Of a stretch of 64,000 bases of DNA, positions 26,114-39,574 are shown one piece after another (position 1 is the first letter of the stretch; every line of letters begins with the position of its first letter). The DNA comes from Stegostoma tigrinum (lineage: Eukaryota): assembly GCF_030684315.1 (NCBI RefSeq), contig NC_081356.1:101227242-101291241 (forward strand), given 5' to 3'. The position numbers and the translations under genes are program-made. A model generated the notes under the pieces. It saw nothing but the letters and a program-made list of their open reading frames with translations. It was not told the DNA's origin and made no database searches.

Positions 26114-26332
26114 GTATGTACAGAACTTATTTGGCTGATAAATTCTGGTAGTGACTTATCCAGGTGCTGTTCAATCAGATGGGTTAATTCTCTGGAATGT
26201 GAATGGTGCAATCCAGCAGCAATGTACTTGTTGCAACAACTCTCATTAATGAATTACTTGGTTATGTTACTTCATGTTAGATTACAATCACAGTTTTTTT
26301 TAAAATTAATACTTGTCTTCCTGTTCTTTCAG

Positions 26333-26453
26333 TATAAAGAAAACTGTCTTGCAGCCCAAGGATTTTTTTCAAATTTCTGTTTGGCCCCCTATTGCCTTCA
26401 GACCCAGCTATTACCATATCTTGCTCTGTTAACGAACCCCATGAGAAACCAAG
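26333..26453 (+). CDS. RAD17: RAD17 exon (YKENCLAAQGFFSNFCLAPYCLQTQLLPYLALLTNPMRNQ)
   Basis: Matches human YRENCLAAKALFPDFCLPALCLQTQLLPYLALLTIPMRNQ; CAG/GTAAGC. Confidence 0.95.
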
Positions 26454-28329
26454 GTAAGCAGTTTAATATTAATAGAATAGCAAAAATTTGTTTTCAGTAA
26501 CGTATAATTTGATGTAAAGGTAGTACCAACAAGGTATAACAGTTGTTGCATGTGTACTTTTGGGGAAAGTTATCTAATTATTATGTTAATTTTCATTTTA
26601 TAACTTCCAAGGCAAAATTCTCAGAAGCAAGAGGATGCATGTGTATTTTTGATTCTTGCTTTTGTTGGCTTGGAGACTAAGTGTGGAGATGGGCCTGAGT
26701 ACAGAAGGCATTTCCACTCAGGCAGGTTGGGGTTTCTCCCAGGATTATGTTCTTGGCACAGCACGTTTTCATGCCTGGGTGAAACACCACATTTTATGGG
26801 CAAGAAATTTTGCCCCCTTTCTGGGACCTTCCAAGCACCATATTTGAATGTACCCTTACTCCAACTCTCTCATTATTTGGTCCATCCTTTGTACATGCTA
26901 ATATACTACTTCCAACACCCATGAGCTTGTTAAGTAGCCTAATATGTGGTACCTTATCAGTGCATTCTAGAAATACAAATATATTGTACCCGCTGCTTTA
27001 TCTACCCTACTTGTTACTTCAAAGAATTCTAATAAATTTGACAGGCATGATTTCCAGTTTGTGACTGTGCTAACTATTCTTGATCATATGATACCTTTTC
27101 AAATGTTTTAGTGAAGAAATGTTAAGCTGAAATCCTATAGTTAGCTGTTTTGTGTTTCCTTTCCATTTTAAATAAAGTGTTACATTTGCGGTTTTCCAAT
27201 CCTTGGTGACTTTTCCAGAATCTAAGGATTATTGAAATATTACTATCAGTGCTTTCGCTATCTCTGTAGCTAGTTTGTTTCATGTACGAGGAGGAATCCC
27301 ATTAGACCCAGTGGTTTTATCAGTTCTTGACCTCATTGTGGCTATCCTAATCTACATGAAGATTAAAGTTACCCATGATTAATCTATGTCATTTTTATAT
27401 GCCCCCATTACCTTCTGATTTATTCCCAGTCCTACTAAATAGCTACTGACCGGGGGCCTCTTGACTACAGCTGCCAGTGTCGTCTTTCCCTTTTTCCACT
27501 TCTTACATCCACCTATTTGGTACTGCATCTTCTGACACCAAATCATTTCTTGCTGCAGTATTTATTTCTTTCCGTACACTCAAATGTTAACTCCCTCCTC
27601 CATCCTTTCCTTCCTGCCTGTCTTTTCAAAAGTCACTTACCCTTGAATATTTATTCATAGTTTTGATCTCCTACTTACCATGTTCTTGTTGTTTTTGTTT
27701 TGGCTATAAGATTATATCCATTTACCTGTAATTATGATCATTCGTTTATTTTGTTTCAAATACTTTGTGCATTCAGAGCCATTAATTTTGACTTTTTAAG
27801 CATGTTTCCCTCTAACCCCATTTACTGCTGTTTTACAGTTTGCACACTCTGTCCCTTCCTGATCCACTCAGGGTTTCATTATCCAAATACCTGCCCTGTA
27901 GTGCTGCTAAGTCCTCTAGCTTCAAAAGCCGGTACTTCTAAACTCCCCAAATTCCACCCCCAACCCCGTTTGACTAATTATTCAATTTGCTAGGACACTG
28001 GTCCCAGCATGGTTCAAGTGAAGACAATCCTATTGGACCAGCTCCCTTCTACCCCAGTACTGGTGCCAGTATCCATCAACTGAAAGACTTTTCTCCCCCA
28101 CTACAATCTCTTTTTAGCCATGTGTTTAGCAACTAGACTTCATTTACCCCTGCATGTGACTTCGGTAGTAATTCTGAGATTATTACCTTTTGGAAGCTCT
28201 GGCTCCTGATTTTAGCTCCTAACTATTGAAAATATTTCAGCAGAACCTCATTTCTAGTCCTACCAATGTTGAGGTACCAACTATGTGATGACAATTGGAT
28301 CCCTCTCCTTCTCTCTTTTCAAGGGTATA

Positions 28330-28560
28330 GTTCCCTGCAAGTACACCTGCAGCAATTGCTGCCTGTGATCAGAAATGAACTGACCCCTGAGGGAGTGAAA
28401 TCCGTTCCTGTTCAGGAATCTAGCTGGATTAATGCCAGAGAGGTTCAGTTGCTGCAGGTGTGTAGTCAATTGTGCCTTGTCCCTGATGAACCTAGCAATG
28501 TCTGCATATCTGTCCACTTGGTCATCTTGGTGCCCTGGGTCCACAATGAATTGGAATAAC
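28330..28560 (-). pseudogene. PIF/Harbinger (HARBI1-like) DDE transposase remnant
   Basis: RFLNRNGFHSLRGQFISDHRQQLLQV resembles the Harbinger motif NRKGxHSxNxQxVCD. Confidence 0.65.
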
Positions 28561-28989
28561 TATATCGCTTGCCTGTAAAAGGCATTGGGGAACCACAATG
28601 CCCTTCTGGGCTGCCAATTAGAAAATGTCAAGACGTGTCCCCAGTTGAGGTTTGAAAGGAGCTACTGGTTAGGAAATTCAATACTGCTGTCACCTTCAGC
28701 ACTGCAGGTGTAGCACATCCTCCCAAGCCACACAGCTGCAGATCTTTCTGCAGAAAGTGGAAGATGTACGTGATTGAATTCCTAGTCATTGCCAGGACAC
28801 GTCTCGTACTGCCTTTTCCTTACTTGCAAGGAGCTGCAAAGCCTTTATTACATTCTAGCTTGGTACAGCACTTGACATTGAAGGTCCTTATTTCCCTCTT
28901 CTTGCCTGCATATTCATGTGCAACTATAGGCCCTTGAGCCCCATGTCTCTGTTCCACTGGGTTGTTCGTTACCCCTCCTCTTCCTCCTT

Positions 28990-29720
28990 TTGATTTGATT
29001 TATTATTGTGACGTGTCTATAGGCACAGTGAGACGGTTTTTTTTGTTGGGCATGCAGTACTGGCGCATCATACCATACAAAGTGCATTAGGGTAATAAAA
29101 CATAGTGAAGAATACAATGTAATGGCTGCAGAGAAGCTGCACGAAGAGTGAGATCAACATTTAAATTTAAAATTTGAAAGATACATTCAGGTGTTCAATT
29201 AACAGTATGAAAGAAGCTGTTCTGCAATCTTTTGGTACATTTAAGTTTGTGTCTTCTCTGCCCAACAGAAGAGGTTGGAAGAGATTATAACTGGGGTAGG
29301 AGTGGTCTTTGATTATGTTGTCCGCCTTTCCGAGGCAGAGAGAAGTCTAGATGGAGTCAATGGATGGAATGTTAGCTTGCATGATGGATTGGGCTGTGTT
29401 CACAACTCTATAGTTTATGGTCCTGGGTAGAGCAGTTGCCATCCAAAGCCAAGATGCATCTGGATAGATTGCTTTCTATAGTACATCTGTAAAAATTGGT
29501 AAGCATCTTTACCAACATGCTGAATTTCCTTTTAGCCTCCTGAGGAATTACATGAGTTGTTGTGCTTTCTTGCCCATAACATCAATGTGGGTGGAACAGT
29601 ACAGGTAATCATCACTCTCAGGAACTTGATGTTCTTGACAATCTCCACCACAGCACCATTGATGTAATTAGGCGTCTGCCCTCCATTCTGCTTCCTGAAG
29701 TCAATAACCAGCTTTTTCGT
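28990..29720 (-). mobile_element. Rex1/Babar-type LINE 3' remnant
   Basis: LNVTKTKKLVIDFRK..YINGAVVEIVKNIKFL is typical of the Rex RT C-terminus. Confidence 0.75.
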
Positions 29721-30109
29721 TTTAGTGACATTGAGGGAGGGATTTTTTTTATCTCTTCCCCTTCCTCTCTCAGCCACATAATAACCATAATTCAGCTGTT
29801 TTGGTTTGGAAGTACTGATCTGTAAAGTCATTGCAGATTTATGTTTTCCATTTGAGATCTTGACAAAATCATTATACCCTTATCAAGCTGCTTTTTTTAA
29901 AAAATAAAAGCCTATCATACAGCTACCTGCACAAAATCAAGTGCATCCTCCATGACTGGTTTTTCCCTTTCTCATTCGGCCATGTCAGATGTTTGTTGTC
30001 TGAACCTTTACATTGCACTGTTTGCCACGTGCGTGTGGAACAATCTGACTCTTGGTGGGATGTTGATGTGTTATGCTATAAGCGTTTATATCACTAGATA
30101 TAGCCATCT

Positions 30110-30410
30110 CTGGTGAGGGCAGCATTTATTGCCCATCCCTCATTGCCTAGAGGGCAGTTAAAAATCAACCACATTGCTGTTGTTCTGGTGTCACATGTGG
30201 GCCAGACCAGGCTAGGATGACAGATCTCCTTCCCGAAAGGAGAACTCAATGGTGTTTTTTTTTTTATACAATGGTTTCATGGTTATTGTTAGAACCTTAA
30301 TTCAAGATTCTTTGTGGAATTAAAATTCTACCTTGACAGGATTTGAATGCGTGTTCACAGAATATTAGCTGAGTTTCGGGATTGACATTGAGTGACAATA
30401 CCACCAGGTG
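30110..30410 (-). mobile_element. tRNA-derived SINE remnant (related copy at about 31395-31630)
   Basis: The two copies share motifs (GTGGGCCAGACCAGG..CAGATCTCCTTCCC and GTAGACCAGATC..CAGATTTCCTTCCC). Confidence 0.5.
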
Positions 30411-31629
30411 CCACCCTCACCCAGGGTACATTCTCTGTTAATGTCATGCTCTAGTGCTGCCTCCAAATAATGTTCGACATAGAGTACTGAAATCATCAGC
30501 CAAGGGGTGATAGTAGGCAGCTAACAGCAGAGAGCTTTTTTGCCTGTGTTTGAACTGTTACTGTACATTGAGTCTTAAGTATTCCCAGAAGAATAACTTC
30601 CTGACTGTTACCATTTCTGGTCAGTCTCCCTTGCCAGTGGGATAGGATATAATCCAATGATGATGATGTCCGAGACATAGCTATACTCCGAATCATACGT
30701 TTAGAATGTTAAGCTTGACTAATCTGTGGGACAACTCTCCCAATTTTGGTACAAGCCTCAGGTGTTAGTGAGGAACACTTTATACCTTGGGTGATGCCAC
30801 ATAGTCCTATAAAAGTTTTTTTTATTTCTTTCTTTTGACTTTTGTAGCAGTCTCATATCACTGGAACATAGAAACTAAGAGTACGAGTCTGCTATTTGGC
30901 CCTTTACTCCTATTCCACCATTCAATATGATTCATGAATGATCCTCTGACTATGGTCTTAATATAATCCCATTTTCTCAATTTCTCCCCCATACACATTG
31001 ATGTCTTTCATATCTAAACATTTTATCAGTCTCTCTCTTAAATTTATTTCGTGACTTGGCCTTTGGAGCCTTCTACGATAGGCAGTTCCACAGATTTACT
31101 ACCTTTTGAGCAATCACACTTTTCCTCATTGTCAGTCCTAAATGGTTTACCCCATATCCTGAAACTCTCCCCTGGTTTTAGACTTCCTAAAAAGTGTTCT
31201 GAAAATCTAAATACAGCATATCCACAGGTTCTCCCCATCCATACTTTTTACAAAAAAACTCCAGTTGATTTGTTAAACAGATTTCCTTTACGTAAACCTA
31301 CGATGGCTTTGCCCAATCCTGTTAATGCTTTTCAAGTGTTCTGTTATCATAGCTTTTACATTAGACTCTAGCTTTTTCCTGAGTGGCTTAACTAGTCTCT
31401 CAAATGGCCTGGTAAGATTCAACTATGTTGTTGTGGGTCTGGATGATATATGTAGACCAGATCACGACAGCAGATTTCCTTCCCTGAAATATATTCATGA
31501 ACCCAGTAGATTTTTTTGAAATGACAGTGGTTACATTGTCACCATGTAAAGCTAGGTTTTGATAATTCCAAGTTTTATTAAATTTAGTTTCACAGTCTAC
31601 CATTTAAATCCCATGTCCCCAGGACATTT

Positions 31630-32100
31630 AAAGCAAAGTACTATGGATGCAGGAAGTCTGAAATAAAACCAGAAAGTGCTGGAAAATCTTATTTGAGACT
31701 GGCAGCATCAGTGAAAAGAGAAACAAAGTTTCCTCTGTTCTGAAGACAACTGTTAGACTCAACACATTTTCTTTGTTTCTCTCTCCACAAATGCTGCCAG
31801 AGCTACTAGGTTTCTCCATCATTTTCTGTTTTTATCCCTAAATTCCCTCTGAATTAGTCCAGAGACATTACAGCCAAGCCAATTACATCTAATTAAAATC
31901 CCCTGCCCACTTTTCTAGGCCAGTATTTGACAATGACCTACAACTAATTAATTGAGTAGTACATTTCTCCGAGATAGTGGGAACTGCAGATGCTGGAGAA
32001 TCCAAGATAACAAAGTGTGAGGCTGGATGAACACAGCAAGCCAAGCAGCATCTCCGGAGCACAAAAGCTGATGTTTCGGGCTTCGACCCTTCTTCAGAAA
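31630..32100. mobile_element. Two Penelope pLTR remnants: an old fold-back at 31630-31835 and a minus-strand pLTR at 31972-32100
   Basis: Inverted arms in the first; the second matches the 4243-4372 unit. Confidence 0.7.
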
Positions 32101-32358
32101 AGCCGTGTTGGTTTAAGCCTCCAAACTCAACTGTCTACCACATCATATCTTGAGACTAATTTGGAATCAGTGCACAAATGGTGAATATTCACCGTTTGGG
32201 CAGTGCTTAAGAGAATACAACAGAAATTGGAAACAACTTCTGATAAATTGCAATAAAACAGCAAGATCACTTCACACAATGATGACTGCAGTTTTATAAT
32301 GTTACACTTTTTTACATCTGTATTAAATTTACAAAATTGTTTTCTATTTTCTGGACAG

Positions 32359-32416
32359 CCCAAATTAGTTTTATCCATGATGTGGGAAAGTTTCCTTTCA
32401 AGAGATATTCTACTAG
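32359..32416 (+). CDS. RAD17: RAD17 exon (AQISFIHDVGKFPFKRYSTR)
   Basis: Matches human AQISFIQDIGRLPLKRHFGR; CAG/GTATGT; phases fit both neighbours. Confidence 0.92.
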
Positions 32417-34231
32417 GTATGTAGAAAGTTCTCTCCAAATATGTGACAAGTCCTGAAACGTTGCAAGTTGTTGCATGTTGTTCTGTATTTATCCAGGATG
32501 GGGGTGAGGCGGAGGGGTGGGGAGTAAAATTGTATTATACAATTTTTATTGCTTGAACCAAATTGAGGGGGGAGTGGAGAGGAGAAGGGTGGAATGTAGT
32601 TACTTGTAATTTTGTTTTAATTGCTGGTGAATAAGAACTTAAATTAGAATTCTGAAGATTATCTTGGACCGGCCTGAAATTCCAATTTGTGCCTCCTTAG
32701 CAAATTTTGGTTTAAAATGTACTTAAGTTTGAAATTACAACAGCACTGCAGAAAGGACAAATAAAGGAAGTGTTTAACTGCTCTTATTACTAAATGTTTA
32801 CACACTTATTACATTTAGATTTTGACAACATCAATATTTCTAATTCCAGGAATATCATGTTCTGTGCTTTGCTGTAATATAAAACAATTTTAGCTAAAAA
32901 CTCAAAGAATTGCAATTAATTTTCAACGCCTTGGATATAAATTTTTAAATAATATTCCATGAACATTTTCCCGAAGTACAGAATAGATTTGACAATACTT
33001 TTTCCTTGACAATTGTGTAAGTTTTTTTTTCAAAACGTTTGCAAGTCTCTTAAATGATTCAAGTGCCTCTGCCTTGACTGCCAGTTGAAGGCCACAACTG
33101 GTATAGGAGGCTGCTCCACATGAAACGCGACAGCACAGCAGCTAATAAGTGAAATCAATAATGGATCTTCCAACGTGACTGGGATACCTTTAATCCATAC
33201 TATGGAGATCTTTGTGCTGAAGAAACAACTTGGCTGCATAACTGGGGGGAATAATTAGAAAACTGTCCTTAATTATCACTCTAGAAATTGAAGAGACAGG
33301 TGATCCTCACATTAAAAATACATGTTAATATATATACACATTTTAATCTATCCATATATCGTACATCTAACCTTTAAAAATGGTATGTTAACACTGCAGA
33401 GAACAAAATACTTTCATATCATACTTTGTATGTGAGGGCTAACATGTCTCTAGTTGCTAAATGGAACTTCCCACAAAACTGGTTTGTCAGGTTTTGATAG
33501 CTCAGGGTTCTGATCTACATCATGACCTGTAGCAGTCTTAGCATTAATTTCAAAAATGCAGGAAAACTATACTTTGTGATCTGAAATCTAATCTAAATTG
33601 CAACTTCAGTGAGTTGATGTTGCATCATCTGAGTCCCTTCTTTTCAAATAAGGCATTCAAACTGGAAATTTGGTTGCCAGTTCATGTAAATGAAGAGATC
33701 TTGGTACACTATTTGAGAAGCATCAAATTAATTCTTTGATAACTGGATTGAAACTTAGCTGTTTTGTAGTGAATTTGCATAACAAAGGAATCAAACTAGT
33801 CAGTGAGAACAGAAGTTCCCAGGCAATAGAAAATGCTAGAATCTGCTTCTCTGCAGCTTCTTCATTCATGTCAACAGCCATAACCTTTTCTGTTTTTAAA
33901 AAAAAAAGTGAGCAGACTCTGACTAATAGTTATTGATAGTCTAAACAGCAATTAAAATCTGATCTCCATTTTTTTTCTTCTCCCAGTTCGAAGTCCTGGA
34001 GTTGAGTAATACCAGTTCAAATTAGCAGAATAAAACATTCTGTAATACCTCTATTCTTTATAAAACAGTTTGTCCTCTAATTAATTTGGCATAAATAGTC
34101 CTGTCGGCAAACTTCTTGCATTGTTTTGAAAACATGAATGTGAGGTGCATTTTCTCCCTCACACCCTGGATTTCAGCCCGACAAGATGGAAAACACTTTT
34201 TTTTAAATACAAAAAAGCCAGTAATTTTAAC

Positions 34232-34430
34232 GTAGACAGACAAGAGGCTGAAAGAACACATAAGGCCAGGCAGCATCTGGAGGAAAGGAGCAGTCAACGT
34301 TTCAGATATTGCCCATCTTCGGAACATTGACTGCTCCTTTCCCCAAGATGCTGGCTGGCATGCTGCGTTCTGCCGTCCTCCTGTTTGTCTACCTTCATTT
34401 CCAGCATCTGCAGTTTTTTTTTTGTCTCTC
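34232..34430. mobile_element. Fold-back Penelope pLTR remnant of another subfamily
   Basis: GTAGACAGACAAGAGG...AAAGGAGCAGTCAA and TTGACTGCTCCTTT...TGTTTGTCTAC inverted arms, plus the CCAGCATCTGCAGTT tail. Confidence 0.7.
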
Positions 34431-34889
34431 ACCAGTAAATTTTAATCCTGGGTCCATCTGACTTGGAACAGATCATTAAAGTTTCCTCACCATGCAACAT
34501 TTCTGAGATCTGAATGAGCAAAAGATTTGATGCAACATGCAAAAGAAGCTTTCTTTTTCTAAAATGGAAGCCAATAATTCTGTACACATCCAATCTGAAC
34601 TTTTCACAAAACTATTAAACTCTGATGCAGAAAATAACATTAAACCGTCATCAACTAGAAGTTTTTTTTCAACATAAAAAGTTATTTGATGCTACTTGCC
34701 TCCAATCTGGAGCCACTCCAAAATGCAATTGACCTCCAATCTGCGTCTCTTTACCAGTAAATAGACTTGGCCTGAAAAATACAGTTTTGTTTTAGCTGCA
34801 GAACATGTGCAGTTTTTGACGACACACTCTCCTGTCCTTGTGAAAACGGCTTCAGTCAGATTACTGCAAAGAATGCCACGGGAAATTGA

Positions 34890-36471
34890 ATGTGAGTTTG
34901 CTCGCTGAGCTGGAAGGTTAGTTTTCAGACGTTTCGTCAACATTCTAGGTAACATCAGTGAGCCTCCAGTGAAGCACTGGTGTTATGTCCCGCTTTCTAT
35001 TTGTCTGTTTAGGTTTCCTTGGGCTGGTGATGTCATTTCCTGTTCTTTTTCTCAGAGGATGATAGATTGATTTGGAGCCAATGTGTTTGTTGATGGAGTT
35101 CCGGTTGGAATGCCATGCTTCTAGAAATTCTCATGCGTGTCTGTTTGGCTTGTCCTAGGATGGATGTGTTGTCCCAATCAAAGTGGTGTACTTCCTCATC
35201 TGTATGTAAGGATACTAGTGATAGTGGAGGTCATGTCGTTTTGTGGCTAGTTGATGTTCGTGTATCCTGGTGGCTAGCTTTCTGCCTGTTTGTCCAATGT
35301 AGTGTTTGTCACAGTTCTTGCAACGTATTTTGTAGATGACGTTTGTTTTGCTTGTTGTCTGTATAGGGTCTTTTAAGTTCATTAGCTGCTGTTTCAGTGT
35401 GCTGGTGGGTTTGTGAGCTACCATGATGCCAAGAGGTCCGAGTAGTCCGGCAGTCATTTCGGAAATATCTTTGTAGGGGAGAGTGGTTATGGTTTCTGGG
35501 CCCGTTTTGTCTGTTTGTTTGGGTTTGTTGCTGCGAAATCGGCGGACTGTGTTCATTGGGTACCCGTTCTTTTTGAATACGCTGTATAGGTGATTTTCTT
35601 CTGCTCTTCGCAGTTCCTCTGTGCTGCAGTGTGTGTGTGTCATTAACAAAGCTGCATTAGAACATTATTCCAACGAGCCACCACACACTGCAGCACAGAG
35701 GAACTACGAAGAGCAGAAGAAAATCACCTATACAGCGTATTCAAAAAGAACGGGTACCCAATGAACACAGTCCGCCGATTTCTCAACAACAAACCCAAAC
35801 AAACAGACAAAACGGGCCCAGATACCATAACCACTCTCCCCTACATCAAAGACATTTCCGAAATGACTGCCGGACTACTCGGACCTCTTGGCATCATGGT
35901 AGCTCACAAACCCACCAGCACACTAAAACAGCAGCTAATGAACTTAAAAGACCCTATACAGACAACAAGCAAAACAAACGTCATCTACAAAATACGTTGC
36001 AAGAACTGTGACAAACACTGCATTGGACAAACAGGCAGAAAGCTAGCCACCAGGATACACGAACATCAACTAGCCACAAAACGACATGACCCACTATCAC
36101 TAGTATCCTTACATACAGATGAGGAAGGACGCCACTTTGATTGGGACAAGACATCCATCCTAGGACAAGCTAAACAGACACGCACGAGAATTTGTAGAAG
36201 CATGGCATTCCAACCGGAACTCCATCAACAAACACATTGGCTCCAAATCAATCTACCATCCTCTGAGAAAAAGAACAGGAAATGACATCACCAACCCAAC
36301 GAAACCTAACCAGATAAATAGAAAGCGGGACATAACACTAGCACTTCACCGGAGGCTCACTGATGACGCGACCTAGAATGTTGACAAAACGACTGAAAAC
36401 TAACCTTCCAGCTCAGCAAGCAATCTCACATCCAGAAACTCAACCTGAGCTACAAATCTCAAAATTCACTA
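34890..36471. mobile_element. Poseidon-type Penelope 3' half present as a ~750 bp inverted repeat, with GIY-YIG on both strands
   Basis: ORFs 35215-35649(-) and 35761-36285(+) are near identical (VIYKIRCKNCDKHYIGQTGRKLATRIHEH); no Cys linker; degenerate TSD at 34878-34889 and 36472-36483. Confidence 0.92.
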
Positions 36472-36924
36472 ACAGGAATTTGATCTAGTTTCAAAAGTGG
36501 GAATTGAAGATGATAAAATTACTTGGATTCAGATCTTGGAAGGTCTGTCTTAAGTGAAAGAGCATTGTATTTGTATTGTGAAACTGGACTGCTTCGGCCT
36601 AAAGGAATGGTAGATTTAATCGTATGAAGCTGACAGTGAGGCACTAGAAATCAGCTGGGGACAGTTTTATTTTGATGCTTCATGGCAATGAGATCAATGC
36701 TGAACAAATATTTTCATTGGGTGTAATCTACCAGTTAGACTTTGTTAGTTACTCTGTCAGGATTGTAATCTCTTACCAAATTTACGACTTGAGCTTTGTA
36801 CTGCTAAGAGGTCACCTTATATTTGTGTTAGTCTTCACAACACTTACAATGTGTGTATTGTTTATATGGTTGCAACAGTTATGAGATGCTGCCACTTAAC
36901 ATTTTTGATTTTGGGATTTTTCAG

Positions 36925-37168
36925 GTTAACGTTGGAAACTTTAACAGATAAGGATCCAGGTATTCTGGAATTAGATAATGAAGATGACTGTGCCCAGTCT
37001 CAGTCATTAACACATGATCAGGCAACAGCAACATCATTGTGTTCAACGAGCAACACAAGTCATTCTGGCGCAGGAGACTTACCAAGTAGCCAATCACAAC
37101 TGACCATAACCCAATCCTTCCAAGAAGAAGAGGAAGAATTAATGATAGAGGAATATGATAGTGACTAA
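36925..37168 (+). CDS. RAD17: RAD17 last coding exon (LTLETLTDKDPG...DLPSSQSQ...EEEEELMIEEYDSD*)
   Basis: Matches human LKMEALTDREHG...ELPASQPQ...EENIIIEDYESD; TAA at 37166-37168; acidic C-terminal tail conserved. Confidence 0.93.
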
Positions 37169-37695
37169 GATAGTTATTTTGGTCTAAGTTGAGTCTATAA
37201 ATATTTATTAGATATATTCAATCTGGTTAAGTATTGGATCTGAACATAATTCATTGAAAGTGTTTCTGGAACCACAGTAACTATGAGCATTTTTGAAAAT
37301 TGTGTAAGTGACAATAATGTTTGCCTGACCACATCCACAGTTGTGGAATCATTGGAAAATATTCCATATCTCCACTGACTAGCACACTAAGTTTAATAAG
37401 ACATGCATGTTTTCAGAAAACTTAATGGAACCATTTACTTCCATTATTGTACCAAAGGATTCTATTTGTTATGGAAACTGTGTACAAAAATTGATTTCAA
37501 CCATAACACTTTGCTAAAAATTCAAACATATGTAAGACTTTATCTCTTAGTTTCATCTTCAGTAATGTTATACATAAATCTTTGGCCTTCATTTTACTGA
37601 GCCTGTTTACCAACAGTGCTTTGTATCAAAATTTTAATCAACTTTTTTTTGGAAGAAGTCTAGAAGTGAGGATGATGTTCCTGAATCTAAATATA

Positions 37696-37895
37696 AATAA
37701 ATATTTATATTTATACTTGCCAAAGTTTTTGATAAACAAGAGGCCGTAAACTCCTTGTACAGCAATCTGAGCCCAATAACACTGAATTATTTATGTTGAA
37801 ATATGATGTATCCTTCACCTTTTTTTGGTTGCAGAATTTACAACTTTCGAGTTTCATGGTCCATGGCTTTGCTCCCATTTTATTAATACATTAAA
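37696..37895 (+). terminator. Candidate RAD17 polyadenylation signals: AATAAA 37696-37701 and ATTAAA 37890-37895
   Basis: Hexamers 0.5-0.7 kb after the stop in an AT-rich 3' UTR; usage not verifiable from sequence. Confidence 0.45.
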
Positions 37896-39574
37896 CCTTT
37901 TATTGAACACGGCAGTATTTGGTTCACAATATTTTCAGTTGTTTATCATAAACAATTCCAAATGCCTTGTTATCAATCTCATGTTGTAATTAAGTCCGAT
38001 TATTGTTTGTATTCTACAATGGAATTGTTAGCAAATTCTAACTTCATTCATCTTTCTTATATTTTTATGGTCACAAAGTGAGCTACATGACAATGAACAT
38101 TACTAATGTGAACCTTCACTTGTATTGATTTGACATTGCTAAGTTCATTTACTTGAACAGCCCATCAGGAATCAATATCGGAGTGCACCTATTTTACGAT
38201 TATCAAAATGATGTAAATCTTGTACCAAGGAATGAATTTACTCTGCTGAAGAACTAAAATATCATGTGAGACATGGTTAAACATTCATGAGTTCAGAGGA
38301 AGAAGGTAAAATGAAAATCTTTCATGCATAGTGTAATGATTGTTTTTATTGAGGTCGACAGCGTAAATACGTTCTTGGTATAATCAGTTGCTTCCCAGAG
38401 AACACTGCTTTATAATCATTAAGTTGATAATGGGTAGTCTTTTATTTCATATCTTCCTCCCAACTTTGGTTTCTCCATGCGGCCCAGGTTACAGGCATTT
38501 AAGATCTCATAATTATCTAGAATTTCTGGAAAATAAACATGTAATTTTGAATATTAAACAACAGAAAGAAGTTGTTCGGTTTGTCCACTGCATCAACAAG
38601 TTTTAAAAACCTAACCGAATACTTCCACTTCCTTGCCTTTTTGTTATAATACAGCAATTTTCTTCGCCTCGGGTATTTATTCACTTCCTTTTTTGAAAGT
38701 CACAATTGAATCTGCTTCCTCCACCCTTTTGTGGACTGTATTCCAAATCATCATGTCACTACTCTTAAAAGGAAATTCCCACTTAACTTTAAACCTGTGT
38801 GACAGTGACCTATCAGACCTCTGCCATTGAAACAGTTTATCCTTACTTATTGTTTCAATTTTGAACACCTATCGAATCTCCTCTTAAATGTCAAGAGACC
38901 AATCTTTGTTTGACTAGTCTGTCCACATAGTCGAAGTTCCTTATCTCCCACCACTATTCTAGTAAATTTTTCTGCATCCTTGACGTCCAAATATTTGTAC
39001 CCAGAACTGCACAAAGTACTCCTGCTTGGGCCTGACCAGTGGCTTTTCAAGGTCTAGCATAATCTCTCTATTTTTGTACAGGTGCCTGCATTTATAAGGC
39101 AAGATTCCATATGATTTTTAAACATTTTACAAACTTGCCCTGCTGCCTATCTAGTCTATGTGCAATTCCCTAGGTCACACCATTCCTGAGCCCCTTGAAA
39201 ATTTTGCCACTTAATTTGTTTCCTCATTCTTCATAAAATGATACAGTTTGCTAACACTTATTGCATTAAATTTCATGTGCCATGAATCTGAGCATTTTAG
39301 TGATATGTCCATCTCCTGCTGAAATGTAATTATCCTCCTTACTGTTTACTATTTTCTTCATTCATGTCATCTACATAATTTGAAATTATGCTACTTGGTT
39401 AGTTTGTGTGAGCTTAGCAACTGAGGTGCTCACTTAAAAAATAACAAGTTTAAAAAAAAATTTGAAGACTGTCAATTTAAGATCGTTAGGACTGAAATAG
39501 CTTTTCTAGCTAGTTTTAATTTTTAATCGCTGATATTTCCAATATTTGACTATGTAATTCTGGACATATTTATG

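Noticed and set aside
25979-26500. 173-aa ORF as a standalone gene
   Set aside because: It is two RAD17 exons joined by an open intron.
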